From Bacteroidota bacterium (GTDB taxonomy: Bacteria; Bacteroidota; Bacteroidia; Chitinophagales; BACL12), in contig JANMLV010000048.1 in the NCBI GenBank assembly GCA_031372705.1, positions 1,417-65,416 on the forward strand: a stretch of DNA of 64,000 bases. Reading direction: 5' to 3'. This document shows, one piece after another, positions 49,099 to 59,540 of the stretch. Under the pieces are notes generated by a model. It was not told the origin of the DNA, made no database searches, and worked only from the letters and a program-made list of their open reading frames with translations. The first letter of the stretch is position 1. The number at the start of each line of letters is the position of its first letter. The position numbers and the translations under genes are program-made.

Positions 49099-49503
49099 TT
49101 ATAGTGGTTTATCCATACACAATTCCACTAATACACCATTAGTGGTTTTTGGATGTAAGAAGCAAATTAATTTATTATCTGCTCCGGGCAATGGTTCACT
49201 ATTTAATAGTTGAAATCCTGCTGACTCAAGGCGATGCATTTCTGCAAGTATATCATCAACGGCATAAGCAATATGATGCACGCCTTCGCCACGCTTTTCA
49301 ATAAATTTTGCTATGGCAGAATCTGCTCGTGTCGATTCTAATAATTCTATTTTGGTATCACCCATCATAAAAAATGATGTTTTAACACCTTCTCTTTCTA
49401 CACCTTCAATTTTGTAGTGTTCCTTGCCGAATAATTTCGAAAACAATTCATTGCTCGCATCTAAATCTTTAACGGCAATGCCAATATGTTCAATTTTTTT
49501 CAT
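49099..49503 (-). CDS. mce: methylmalonyl-CoA epimerase (VOC family)
   Basis: IEHIGIAVKDLD, KIELLES, GEGVHHIAYAVDDI, FLHPKTTNGVLVEL. Confidence 0.85.
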   Translation of the reverse strand: MKKIEHIGIAVKDLDASNELFSKLFGKEHYKIEGVEREGVKTSFFMMGDTKIELLESTRADSAIAKFIEKRGEGVHHIAYAVDDILAEMHRLESAGFQLLNSEPLPGADNKLICFLHPKTTNGVLVELCMDKPL

Positions 49504-49813
49504 AGCTCATCAGTTTCTACAAACTTAATTAATATTTGTGCAGATAATCAAATTATACAAGGGAGATATTTATCACCAATCCATCAAATTCCTTTCGTAA
49601 ATTACATTTGTCGCCGAAACCTCGATTTTGTTTGATTCATTAACAATTAGCCCAGAACTTAACATCCCCCCTCGAAAAATTATTACCTTCAATCATGCTA
49701 CATTTCAGAAAGTTGAGCGAGCTGCCAAATGTAGCCCGATGCCTTTATGTGGCTCATTTTGGTCATAAAGCCCAAATAAGCGGTTTTTTCTTCTCAAATC
49801 AGAACTTTTCTTA

Positions 49814-49821
49814 TACCTTTG
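49814..49821 (+). promoter_or_regulatory. candidate -7 promoter box (TAccTTTG) for iscS
   Basis: tacctttg lies 30 nt upstream of the iscS ATG. Confidence 0.35.
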
Positions 49822-49850
49822 TGTTTTAGAATTAGTCTAAATAGCAAACT

Positions 49851-51068
49851 ATGCTCAAACTTCCAATATATCTCGATAACAGTGCTACAACGCCTGCCGA
49901 CCCACGTGTGGTTGAAACAATGATACCTTATTTCTATGAGCATTTTGGCAATGCAGCCAGTCGCAGTCACCCTTTTGGTTGGGAAGCGGAAGATGCAGTT
50001 GATCAAGCTCGTGAACGAATTGGTAAGCTTATTGGAGCAACTGACAAAGAAATTATTATTACATCGGGCGCTACTGAAGCAGATAATTTGGCGATTAAAG
50101 GTGTTTACGACATGTATAGCCGCAAGGGCAACCACATTGTTACCGTTACCACTGAGCACAAGGCCGTTTTGGATACTTGTAAGCACTTAGAGAAATTGGG
50201 TGCTGAAATCACCTACTTAAAAACCGATAACGAAGGTAATATCGACCTTAATGAATTGGAAAGCGTTGTTACCGATAAAACAATTTTGGTTTCGGTGATG
50301 TATGCTAACAATGAAATTGGCACAATTGCTCCTATTAGAAAAATTGCAGACATTGCACATAAAAAAGGTGCGTTATTATTTACTGATGGCACACAAGCCG
50401 CAGGAAAAATTAATATTGATGTTGATCGCGATGGTATTGATTTAATGGCTTTTACAGCGCACAAAATGTATGGCCCGAAAGGCGTTGGTGCATTATATGT
50501 TCGCCGCAAAAATCCTAGAGTAAAAGTTACAGCTCAAATGGATGGTGGTGGCCACGAACGTGGTATGAGAAGTGGTACATTAAACGTTCCCGGTATTGTT
50601 GGTTTTGGTAAAGCAGCCGAATTGGCAATGCTCGAAATGGATGTGGATGCTGCACGTTTAAGTGTAATGCGCGATCGACTTGAAAAAGAATTATGCAAAA
50701 TTGAAGAATCATATGTAAACGGTAATCGCAATAGTCGCTTACCGCATATCGCGAATATATCTTTTAAATATGTTGAAGGTGAAGGCTTAATGATGGCGTT
50801 CAATCAGAACATTGCAGTTAGCTCCGGAAGTGCCTGTACAAGCGCATCTTTGGAACCCAGCTATGTATTAAAGGCATTGGGTTTAGGCGATGATTTAGCA
50901 CATTCCAGTATTCGTTTTTCATTAGGACGTTTTACTACAGATGATCAAATTGAATACACAATTGACCATGTAACTAAAGCAGTTAACAAACTCCGCGATA
51001 TGAGTCCGCTCTGGGAAATGTTTAAGCAAGGTGTTGATTTGAGCAAGATAGAATGGGCTGCACATTAA
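49851..51068 (+). CDS. iscS: cysteine desulfurase IscS
   Basis: [14 protein letters not shown]-lysine [11 protein letters not shown], active-site loop [17 protein letters not shown]. Confidence 0.95.
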   Translation: MLKLPIYLDNSATTPADPRVVETMIPYFYEHFGNAASRSHPFGWEAEDAVDQARERIGKLIGATDKEIIITSGATEADNLAIKGVYDMYSRKGNHIVTVTTEHKAVLDTCKHLEKLGAEITYLKTDNEGNIDLNELESVVTDKTILVSVMYANNEIGTIAPIRKIADIAHKKGALLFTDGTQAAGKINIDVDRDGIDLMAFTAHKMYGPKGVGALYVRRKNPRVKVTAQMDGGGHERGMRSGTLNVPGIVGFGKAAELAMLEMDVDAARLSVMRDRLEKELCKIEESYVNGNRNSRLPHIANISFKYVEGEGLMMAFNQNIAVSSGSACTSASLEPSYVLKALGLGDDLAHSSIRFSLGRFTTDDQIEYTIDHVTKAVNKLRDMSPLWEMFKQGVDLSKIEWAAH

Positions 51069-51188
51069 TTTTAAAAACAACTGATTAATTGGCGCAATAG
51101 TTTATTAATTAAATAGCATGAATTATTTTTTATAAAAAATGTTATTACTATTAGGAAAGTAAGATTTTAACTCAAAAGAAAAATTATT

Positions 51189-51608
51189 ATGGCATACTCA
51201 AAAAAAGTATTGGAGCATTACGAGAATCCACAAAATGTTGGAACACTCGATAGCAAGAAAAATGAAGTTGGAACCGGTTTGGTAGGCGCTCCTGAATGTG
51301 GCGACGTTATGCGTTTACAAATTGAGGTAGATCCTGCAACACAAAAAATTGTTGATGCTAAATTTAAAACTTTTGGTTGCGGAAGCGCAATTGCGTCTTC
51401 TTCTATTGCAACCGAATGGCTTAAAGGCAAAACCATTGATGAGGCATTAACTATCGATAATATGGACATTGTTGAAGAGTTAGCATTGCCGCCGGTGAAG
51501 ATTCACTGTTCTGTGTTGGCAGAAGATGCCATTAAAGCAGCAATTCAAGACTACCGCAAGAAGAATGGTATGACTGAATTGCATTTAGAAGAAAAAATTG
51601 TTCACTAA
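51189..51608 (+). CDS. iscU: Fe-S cluster scaffold IscU
   Basis: GAPECGDVM, FGCGSAIASSS, LPPVKIHCS. Confidence 0.95.
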   Translation: MAYSKKVLEHYENPQNVGTLDSKKNEVGTGLVGAPECGDVMRLQIEVDPATQKIVDAKFKTFGCGSAIASSSIATEWLKGKTIDEALTIDNMDIVEELALPPVKIHCSVLAEDAIKAAIQDYRKKNGMTELHLEEKIVH

Positions 51609-51664
51609 GCAATTGCTCAAATAACAGGTTATTAACATACCTGTGAGCCCTAAATTTTAGGATT

Positions 51665-51991
51665 ATGATTTTCATATCAGAAATAGCAAAAACAAAGGTC
51701 GACCAGCTTAAAGGAGAAGCAGGTTTAGGTAACGATTATTTTATCAGAATCAGCGTAGTAGGCGGCGGTTGCTCAGGTTTGAGCTATAAAATGGATTTCG
51801 ATAATGAGCCAAAAGCAGGTGATCAGGAGTTTGAAGATCGCGGTGAAAAATTGGTTACAGACCTTAAAAGTTTTCTATATTTATGTGATACAACCCTCGA
51901 TTATTCGGATGGATTAAACGGCAACGGCTTTCAATTTGTAAACCCAAATGCAAGCAGAACTTGCGGATGTGGAGAAAGTTTCGCAGTTTAG
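51665..51991 (+). CDS. iscA: IscA/HesB-family Fe-S carrier
   Basis: GGGCSGLSY and the C-terminal CGCGESF. Confidence 0.85.
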   Translation: MIFISEIAKTKVDQLKGEAGLGNDYFIRISVVGGGCSGLSYKMDFDNEPKAGDQEFEDRGEKLVTDLKSFLYLCDTTLDYSDGLNGNGFQFVNPNASRTCGCGESFAV

Positions 51992-52024
51992 TAAAATCTT
52001 TTCTTTTCATACTTGAACTTTAAG

Positions 52025-52056
52025 CCTTCCCGGTCCAAACCGCGGAAGGTTTTTTT
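52025..52056 (+). terminator. rho-independent terminator after the isc operon
   Basis: ccttcccgg...ccgcggaagg hairpin followed by a T7 run. Confidence 0.75.
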
Positions 52057-52295
52057 ATGCCTTTTTTTGTGAAATATCAGGTAATCTGTCCGTATATTAA
52101 ATTATATATATTATTGATATTCAAGTAGTTATATATTAAATCGCGTCCTCTTATCTGTATCTACACACATGATCCGCCGAATTTGTGGTGGAATCGCTAC
52201 TTATCTGTTTTTTTAACCCTGCTGCAATCGCTACACCTTTACATTGCCATAAAAACAATGGCGTTAACCTTAACTAACAGACTTAAAATTAAATT

Positions 52296-55200
52296 ATGCG
52301 CGCAAACACTATTACTTCAGGATTTGGAAAACTGTTACTTGTTTTCTTTTTCGCTTCTTTCGCAATTAACTCAGCATCCGGCCAAAGCACACTTTGGAAA
52401 AACCGACTCAACGGTGCCGGTGATAATTCAGATCGATATAATGGCGCAGTCGCCGATGGTGCCGGTAATTTTTATTTAACAGGATATACTGTAAATCCCG
52501 GAACCGGAAAAGATTTTTTGACCGTAAAAGTTAATTCGCTTGGAGATACATTATGGACAAGAAAATATAATTATGCTGCGAATTTTGATGATGAAGCTAA
52601 TTACATTGCCATAAATGCTGCAGGTAATATTACAGTTACCGGTTATTCAGATGGCGGTTCTACTGCAACTAAAAACGACGTGCTTACCATTCAATATAAT
52701 CCGAGCGGAACAGTTTTATGGACAGCCAGATATAATAATTTGCTGACCAATGAAGATGAATTTCCTGCAGCAATTAGTGTTGATGCATCAAATAATATTT
52801 TTATTTCCGGAAGAACCGATCACGATGCCGGAAATGTTGATGATATTCTTACAATAAAATATAATGCATCAGGTGTTGAACAATGGGTAATAAAGTACGA
52901 TGGTGGATTAACAGATAGGTCAGCAGGAATTGTTGCAGACAATCTTGGTGGTTGTATAGTAACCGGAAGATCAGACATGGGTGTAAGTGAAGATATAATT
53001 ACTATTAGTTATACTAGTGCTGGTGCAGTAAGTTGGACTACCTTTTATAGTGGTCCCGGTGGAGATGATCGCGGACAAGCAATTGCTCGCGATGCGTCAG
53101 GAAATATTTATGTTGGTGGTATTCGCGCAAATGCAAGCAACGATGATTTTGTTACAATTAAATATAATAGCACCGGTGTGCAGCAATGGGCAAATATTGT
53201 TAATGGTGGAGATAATGATAGATTAACAACTATTAAACTCGATGCATCGGTAAACGTATTTGTAACAGGACAATCAGATATTGATTTAGGTGGCACAACA
53301 GATTACAATTTTAGAACAATTAAATATAATACTGCCGGCGTTCAGCAATGGAATATATTAAGTGGTAATCCTGTAAATCAAGAAGATATTCCTTCTGATA
53401 TTTTTATTGATGCAGCAGGTAATGTTTATGTTGCCGGTTCCAGTGATGCAATTGCAGGTGGAACGGTAAATTTAGAATTTATGATTGTTAAGTACAACTC
53501 AACAGGTGTTCAACAATGGATAAAATATTATGACGGTACAGTTGCGAATGCCGAAGATATTCCTTCGCAAATTTTAGCCGACGCAGCAGGTAATGTATGG
53601 ATCGCCGGTGGCGTAAATTATACAGCAACTCAAAAAGATGCCGCTTTTGTAAAATATAATAGCACAGGTGTATTTCAAGCTGCCAAAACATTTAATGGAA
53701 CAGGCGATTTTAATGATAAGGCTAAGGCAATTGCAACTGATGCTTCCAATAATTTATTTGTAACAGGATATACTATCGCAGCTGCAAAGCAACGCGATAT
53801 TATGCTGCAAAAAATTAGTTCGGGAGGTACAACTTTATGGTCAAGAACTGTTGATGGCACCAGCGAAAACGATGAAGGATTAGCAGTTGCAACTGATGTT
53901 ACCGGTAATATTTATGTTGCCGGATATAGCAATGGTGCCGGTACTTATGATGATGGCATTTTATTAAAATATAATACATCAGGTGTTTTACAATGGATGG
54001 CAAATTATAATTACGCAGCAAGTCAATTAGATAAATTTGTTTCAGTAGTTGTTTCTGCGCTTGGCGATGTATATGTTACCGGTTATAGCGATGGGAATGC
54101 CAATCCATTAATTACCAATTACGATTATATTACAATAAAATATAATTCACTTGGATTGTTGCAGTGGGTTTCACGTTATAATGGAGCCGGTGATGCCAAT
54201 GACAAGCCTTCAAAATTAGTTTTATCAGGTAATAATATTTTTGTAACCGGCTATAGTTCAAATGGTTTGAATAATGATATTGTTACTTTAAAATACAATA
54301 ACGCAGGAACATTAATTGGCCAAGCAACCTATGCAGGTGCCGGAGCGGGTGCAGATGAAGGTGAAGATATATTTATTACCGGAAGCGCATTATATGTTGC
54401 CGGAACAGAATTTGTTTCCGGAAATTTAGCAGATTATGTTACCATAAAATATGATACTACCTTAACACAACTTTGGGCAAAAAATTACAATGGAACTGCC
54501 GATACTGATGATCATGCGTTTGGTGTTTCTACTACAGCAACAGATGTATATGTTACAGGAAGCAGCGCCGGAACAGGCTCTGCAAACGATATTGTATTAA
54601 TTAGATATAATGCTTCAACAGGAGCACAAAATTGGGCAAAAAGATATACAAGCGCAAGTGCATACAATGATGAAGCTTACAGTATTGTTACCGATGCAAA
54701 TGGAAATATTTACACCGGCGGTAAAACAGGAAACCCAACAAATATTTCAGATTTTGTTGCATTAAATTACAATACCGCAGGAACAAAATTACTCACACTA
54801 AAATATAATGGTACCGGCGTTGGAGAAGATGTGGGAACACAAGTAATTTTAGATAATAACGGATATTTATATGAGACCGGTTACAGTAAAGGCGCAGCAA
54901 AAGCAAATTTAGATTTTGCAACCGTTAAATATTGTACACCAATTCCGGAAGCTGCAATAACAGCAGTAGGTTCAACAACTATTTGTGTTGGTGATAGTAT
55001 TGCGTTAAATGCAAACACCGGTGTTGGCTTAACATATCAATGGAAAAAAGGTAATATCAACTTAGGTGGAGCAACTTCATCTACATTTTATGCAAAAACC
55101 ACAGGTGGATTTAAAGTAGTGGTTGCAAATGCGAATGGTTGCACTAAAACATCAAATACAATTAATGTAACAGCAATTACATGCAAAGCAGATGGTATTG

Positions 55201-55451
55201 TAACACCTGGATTACACATAGACGCAATGCCTAATCCATTTAATGCCGCAACTGAACTTTATTTTTCAGGGGTTGATGAAGAAACAATTATTGCCGTATT
55301 TGATGTAACAGGAAAAATGGTTTATACTTCAAGTATTCCACAAGGTACTGAAAATGTAAGTGTAGGTGATGAGCTTGTTCCTGGTGCATATACTGTAGTA
55401 ATTAAAAATGCAACAGCTACACAATCATTGCAGCTAATTAAGATTCAATAA
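52296..55451 (+). CDS. SBBP (beta-propeller) repeat protein with an Ig-like module and a T9SS sorting domain
   Basis: 1051 aa. About 17 units of the pattern D.A..IA.D..GN.YVTGYS......DY.T.KYN..G...W. A Cys-bracketed Ig-like segment. C-terminal MPNPFNAATELYF...GAYTVVI. Confidence 0.8.
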   Translation: MRANTITSGFGKLLLVFFFASFAINSASGQSTLWKNRLNGAGDNSDRYNGAVADGAGNFYLTGYTVNPGTGKDFLTVKVNSLGDTLWTRKYNYAANFDDEANYIAINAAGNITVTGYSDGGSTATKNDVLTIQYNPSGTVLWTARYNNLLTNEDEFPAAISVDASNNIFISGRTDHDAGNVDDILTIKYNASGVEQWVIKYDGGLTDRSAGIVADNLGGCIVTGRSDMGVSEDIITISYTSAGAVSWTTFYSGPGGDDRGQAIARDASGNIYVGGIRANASNDDFVTIKYNSTGVQQWANIVNGGDNDRLTTIKLDASVNVFVTGQSDIDLGGTTDYNFRTIKYNTAGVQQWNILSGNPVNQEDIPSDIFIDAAGNVYVAGSSDAIAGGTVNLEFMIVKYNSTGVQQWIKYYDGTVANAEDIPSQILADAAGNVWIAGGVNYTATQKDAAFVKYNSTGVFQAAKTFNGTGDFNDKAKAIATDASNNLFVTGYTIAAAKQRDIMLQKISSGGTTLWSRTVDGTSENDEGLAVATDVTGNIYVAGYSNGAGTYDDGILLKYNTSGVLQWMANYNYAASQLDKFVSVVVSALGDVYVTGYSDGNANPLITNYDYITIKYNSLGLLQWVSRYNGAGDANDKPSKLVLSGNNIFVTGYSSNGLNNDIVTLKYNNAGTLIGQATYAGAGAGADEGEDIFITGSALYVAGTEFVSGNLADYVTIKYDTTLTQLWAKNYNGTADTDDHAFGVSTTATDVYVTGSSAGTGSANDIVLIRYNASTGAQNWAKRYTSASAYNDEAYSIVTDANGNIYTGGKTGNPTNISDFVALNYNTAGTKLLTLKYNGTGVGEDVGTQVILDNNGYLYETGYSKGAAKANLDFATVKYCTPIPEAAITAVGSTTICVGDSIALNANTGVGLTYQWKKGNINLGGATSSTFYAKTTGGFKVVVANANGCTKTSNTINVTAITCKADGIVTPGLHIDAMPNPFNAATELYFSGVDEETIIAVFDVTGKMVYTSSIPQGTENVSVGDELVPGAYTVVIKNATATQSLQLIKIQ

Positions 55452-55473
55452 ATAATCAAAAAACTTATTTGCC

Positions 55474-56238
55474 ATGTTAATTAAGTTAAAAATTTTATGT
55501 GTAGTAATTGTATTAATTACCGGCACAGTTCAAGGCCAAACTTGGCAAAGCTGGAACAGTTTAGGGGTTGATATTAAATTAAGCGATAAGCTGACACTGG
55601 AAACAAAGGAACTGCTCTCGTTCGACCCGGGCAATAGTTTTAGCACCAACTTTATGCAAACATCACTAGCATTAAATTATAATATTAATTCCAAATTTAC
55701 TGTTGAAGCAGGCGATCAATTAAATATTATTCCATCATCAACACGACCTGTGCGCAATAGAGTTTACGCAAGAGGAACATATACTTGGCGCTTTAGTGAT
55801 GCTATTAAATCAACACATGGCATTCAAGTTGAATTTCATGGAGATAATGAAATTCGTTATGACCAGCGCATTATTTTTATAAACGGCATCAGTTCGCGAA
55901 ATAGATTTACATCATTAAATATCCGTCCTTCATTATCATATTGGTTATATTATAATATTGGTGGCGATTTAGTGCAGTATTACGATGAATTTGGCGATAA
56001 GGTTGTGCAACAAGCAGCAAATGGTTTTCACAGAGGAAGATTGTATTTCAGTTTAAATAGCAAATTAACCGATTACTTTAGTTTCAGTTTGTATGCAATG
56101 CACCAAGAAGAATTTAACTTGTTTACAGCTGATTATCGTGAAATAAATGTGCTTAATCCCAATACCGGCAATATTGCCAGAGATTTCAGTAAATACAATG
56201 TTATTGGATTGTCGTTAAATTTTGACATTGGAAAATAA
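55474..56238 (+). CDS. DUF2490-like outer-membrane beta-barrel protein
   Basis: Signal peptide, amphipathic beta pattern, 254 aa. Paralogous in style to 58308-58979. The family assignment is from memory. Confidence 0.5.
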   Translation: MLIKLKILCVVIVLITGTVQGQTWQSWNSLGVDIKLSDKLTLETKELLSFDPGNSFSTNFMQTSLALNYNINSKFTVEAGDQLNIIPSSTRPVRNRVYARGTYTWRFSDAIKSTHGIQVEFHGDNEIRYDQRIIFINGISSRNRFTSLNIRPSLSYWLYYNIGGDLVQYYDEFGDKVVQQAANGFHRGRLYFSLNSKLTDYFSFSLYAMHQEEFNLFTADYREINVLNPNTGNIARDFSKYNVIGLSLNFDIGK

Positions 56239-56335
56239 TATTTATGGGACTAATTGAAAATATTGCTTAAACGAGGAGCATTTGCATAATAATATTGCAT
56301 TTTGCACGTTTTTAAAGTTAACAATAGCAACAAGA

Positions 56336-57235
56336 TTATTTGGTGTAAGTATATCGGTAGGAAATTCCTTTCATTGAATAATATTCGTTAATAATCCTAT
56401 TATTTGTGTCGTATACATATGAGGCGGTATCAGTGAGTGGTGCCGCCCTTTTATTTTTAGTAGGATCGTAATACGTAATTACTTTAAACGGTAAAAGCTT
56501 GTCGTTGTATAGATATTTAATACTATCTATGCTTTCGTTGGCAGCTTTACGTGTATTTGTTTGGATTGCAATATTTTTATCGGAGTTGTACGTATAGTTG
56601 GTAATCGATATGGTATCTGTTATTTCATAATACCCAAATAGCATTGTTGCTGTGGTTTGTGTTAGTAACCCGGCGCTATCATATACATGATTGTTAGCTT
56701 GTAACTCATATCGCGACCATACCAATTTAGTGCTGTCTTCGTAAATCTGATTATACGTTTTTTCAAGATTGCCATGTGCATCAAAATATTTTACAACGGT
56801 AATGGGATTTATTTTTTCTAATGGATAAGTAGTTACTTCACGCATTAATGCACCATTGTCGTAATAGCTGAACTGTTTTATGGTTAATGTATCTATTCCT
56901 TTAATGTAAATTTCGCCACTGAGTTTTCCCAGTGTGTATTCGTTCATTCTTATTTCAATAATTTCGCCGGTAGGCTTAACAGTAACTATTGCAGTTAATA
57001 AGTCGCCGCTATAATAATATTTATTAACATTGATGGTATCGTTTGCTCTGTTTCCGAAATTAATTGTTTGTAGAATTCTATTTTGTGCGTCATACCAATC
57101 TTCTTGTCGGCATACTTCGCGACTGCCATCACTGATAAAAGTAAGTTTACGCGAGGCAACAGTAGGGGGTTGAAGTGTATCAAATTCACATCCCGCCAAT
57201 AATAATACCACAAATACAATCCACAATTTATTCAT
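56336..57235 (-). CDS. lipoprotein built of YD/RHS-like short repeats (unknown function)
   Basis: Lipobox LLLAGC; recurring Y.YD..G.L / Y.Y.. units (YYYSGDLL, FSYYDNGAL, KYFDAHGNL, HVYDSAGLL, YTYNSDKN, YVYDTNNRI). Confidence 0.55.
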   Translation of the reverse strand: MNKLWIVFVVLLLAGCEFDTLQPPTVASRKLTFISDGSREVCRQEDWYDAQNRILQTINFGNRANDTINVNKYYYSGDLLTAIVTVKPTGEIIEIRMNEYTLGKLSGEIYIKGIDTLTIKQFSYYDNGALMREVTTYPLEKINPITVVKYFDAHGNLEKTYNQIYEDSTKLVWSRYELQANNHVYDSAGLLTQTTATMLFGYYEITDTISITNYTYNSDKNIAIQTNTRKAANESIDSIKYLYNDKLLPFKVITYYDPTKNKRAAPLTDTASYVYDTNNRIINEYYSMKGISYRYTYTK

Positions 57236-58298
57236 TATAAATTTTAGTTTCTATATTACCTTTTGCATCTACTTTTGCCCTGAACATGCCATCTGTATTA
57301 TATTGAAAAGAAATATTTCCGTATTGATCAACAGCAATCATTCCACCATCACCGGTTATTTCTTTAAAGCGCACATGAATCATATCGTAAGTAGCTTCTT
57401 CAAGTGAAAAACCTTTAAATTCAATCAAATCTGCCACTGTTTTGGCAGCAACTGTTTTAATAAAATCTTCACCGGTTCCGGTGCAGCTGATGGCACATGT
57501 TTTATTATTGGCATACGTACCTGCGCCAATAACAGGTGAATCGCCAATACGATTATATTTCTTGTTCATTAAACCGCCTGTAGAAGTTCCCGCAGACAAG
57601 TTTCCGTATTTATCTAAAACGGCACATCCAACAGTACCATATTTCTCAACAATATTTCCAAGCGCTATTGGCTCCGTTTGCAATGCCATAACCGAGTCAA
57701 CATATTTAATATAATTACCTTCAGTGCTATCTTTCATGCCTTTCCATCTGTTGTATTGATGTTGCGTGTAGAAATAGGAAACATCTACTTTCTCGATATT
57801 GTACTTTTCAGCAAAACGTTCGGCACCGGCACTGCTAAACATGATATATTTTGATGAATCCATTACCATGCGTGCTACTTTTATTGGGTTTTTAATTCGT
57901 TGCACATTACTCACCGAGCCGGCATCCAAATTTCGGCCATTCATGATTGCTGCATCCATTTTAATTTTGCCATTATTCGTAAAAACAGAACCACGGCCGG
58001 CATTAAATAAAGGGGAATCTTCTAATATACAAATTACTGCTTGCACCACATCAACTGCACTGTCGCCTCGAGAAAGCATCTCGTATCCAAGTTGCGCAGC
58101 TTCTTTTAATTTAGCATGAAATGCGGCTTCTTGCTCTGGAGTATATGTGCCTTTGGGCATTGCGCCGGCGCCACCATGGATTGCTAATGCAAATTCAGAG
58201 CGTTCAGGTTTTGCAGATTCCGCAGGTGTTTGTTCTTTACAAGACACAAAAAATACCAATAGCAGCCCGAAGAGAGCCGAAAACGTAATTGATTTCAT
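57228..58298 (-). CDS. isoaspartyl peptidase / L-asparaginase (Ntn-hydrolase, Asparaginase_2), lipoprotein
   Basis: Lipobox FFVSC; AIHGGAG, NAGRGS, autoprocessing site YGTVGCAVLD, GTSTGG, DSPVIGAG. Confidence 0.85.
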   Translation of the reverse strand: MKSITFSALFGLLLVFFVSCKEQTPAESAKPERSEFALAIHGGAGAMPKGTYTPEQEAAFHAKLKEAAQLGYEMLSRGDSAVDVVQAVICILEDSPLFNAGRGSVFTNNGKIKMDAAIMNGRNLDAGSVSNVQRIKNPIKVARMVMDSSKYIMFSSAGAERFAEKYNIEKVDVSYFYTQHQYNRWKGMKDSTEGNYIKYVDSVMALQTEPIALGNIVEKYGTVGCAVLDKYGNLSAGTSTGGLMNKKYNRIGDSPVIGAGTYANNKTCAISCTGTGEDFIKTVAAKTVADLIEFKGFSLEEATYDMIHVRFKEITGDGGMIAVDQYGNISFQYNTDGMFRAKVDAKGNIETKIYNE

Positions 58299-58307
58299 AA
58301 TGCAAAT

Positions 58308-58979
58308 TTAAAACTTAAAATAATATGTCAGGCCGGTAATAAACCTTGTATCCGGTGCCTTTCTGTTCAATTCTTGCAAAACAGTATGCGAAAGTTGAAG
58401 ACGATTCTTATTATTAAACTGGTAGTTCACACCTCCTGTGAAGCGCATTTGTTCTGTTTCGTCTATTATATCCAATCGATATACTTGTTCGCTTGAAACG
58501 AAAATGGAGTAAGTGTAGTTAATTTCATATTTCAATTGTATTTTGTTTCTTAAATAATGATTATTTGGTTTGTAGTTCAGTTCTTCATTTGTGTGCCAGC
58601 CATATTGTTTTGTTAAGTAACGACTTCTCGCACTTAGTGAAAAATCGCCAAACGACTTGTTCCAACTTAAATCTGCATAATAATAGTTGCGCTCAAAATA
58701 CGTATTCTCATCGGAGCGGATTGATGCAATTCTGTAATTCAATCCTAATGTAAAATTGGAATTGAGTTTAATGTTTGTACCTAAATCGTAAATAGAATAC
58801 CCTAGTTCAGTGTAGTTTTCATTAAATCCATATTGGTTGTAAAATGCAACAGAATAAGTTCGATTTATTTTTTTTTCAATTTGTATGGCTACTGTACCAA
58901 TTGCATCCTGCTGTTGCCCAAGCATTATATTGCAGCTTAGCAATAATATTATTAATGATATGTGAGCATAGCTTTTCAA
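58308..58979 (-). CDS. DUF2490-like outer-membrane beta-barrel protein
   Basis: Signal peptide, beta-strand periodicity, C-terminal aromatic residue (LTYYFKF). TTG start overlapping the upstream stop. Confidence 0.5.
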   Translation of the reverse strand: MKSYAHISLIILLLSCNIMLGQQQDAIGTVAIQIEKKINRTYSVAFYNQYGFNENYTELGYSIYDLGTNIKLNSNFTLGLNYRIASIRSDENTYFERNYYYADLSWNKSFGDFSLSARSRYLTKQYGWHTNEELNYKPNNHYLRNKIQLKYEINYTYSIFVSSEQVYRLDIIDETEQMRFTGGVNYQFNNKNRLQLSHTVLQELNRKAPDTRFITGLTYYFKF

Positions 58980-59540
58980 TAGGTATAGCTATATTTTTTG
59001 GTTACGATTATTGTATTGTTACTATCAAAAGTGGTTCTTTCAATTAATGCACCACGATTGTCATAAATAAAGGTGATTAACTTAGTTTGTTTACCATTTG
59101 TGTCAGCAGTTAATTCTGATATCTTATGCCCAAAATTGTCGTAAGTAAAATGAATTTGCTCTATTATCGCATTTTCGCCGTTGTAAGTTATGGTTAATTT
59201 TTTTCTGATTGAATCGGTCGTAAGTAGTGTTGTTTTTTGTAATTACTTTATTGTTGGCATTATATTTAATATGTTCGGTTTCATTTCCTTTTCTATTATA
59301 TTGATAAGTGTCTTTCGATTTGATGGTGCTGTCGCTGTTTAAAACAATTTCTAATATTACATGCCCTTTTTTATCATATTCTTCATAAGTCATGCGCGTA
59401 GTTTGGTAATTGCCATCCACTATTTCAACAGTACCGGCATATTGAGAACGTGCTCCGCGACTCACACCGGATTGGGCGTTTACAAGTTGAAATGCACAAA
59501 TGAAAATAATTAGCAAGTGTGATTTAATCATATTTATCAT
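58977..59540 (-). pseudogene. secreted YD-like repeat protein interrupted by a frameshift in an A7 tract (plus-strand T7 at 59208-59214)
   Basis: The track ORF (59124-59540) ends in an implausible tail (NQKKINHNLQRRKCDNRANSFYLRQFWA). Shifting frame after CAGAAAAAAA gives ...LTITYNGENAIIEQIHFTYDNFGHKISELTADTNGKQTKLITFIYDNRGALIERTTFDSNNTIIVTKKYSYTY*, which continues the repeat pattern and stops at 58977. Confidence 0.7.

Noticed and set aside
52183-52479. 98-aa ORF overlapping the start of the SBBP gene
   Set aside because: It is in a different frame from, and overlaps, a 1051-aa ORF with a clear signal peptide and repeats. It has no features of its own.
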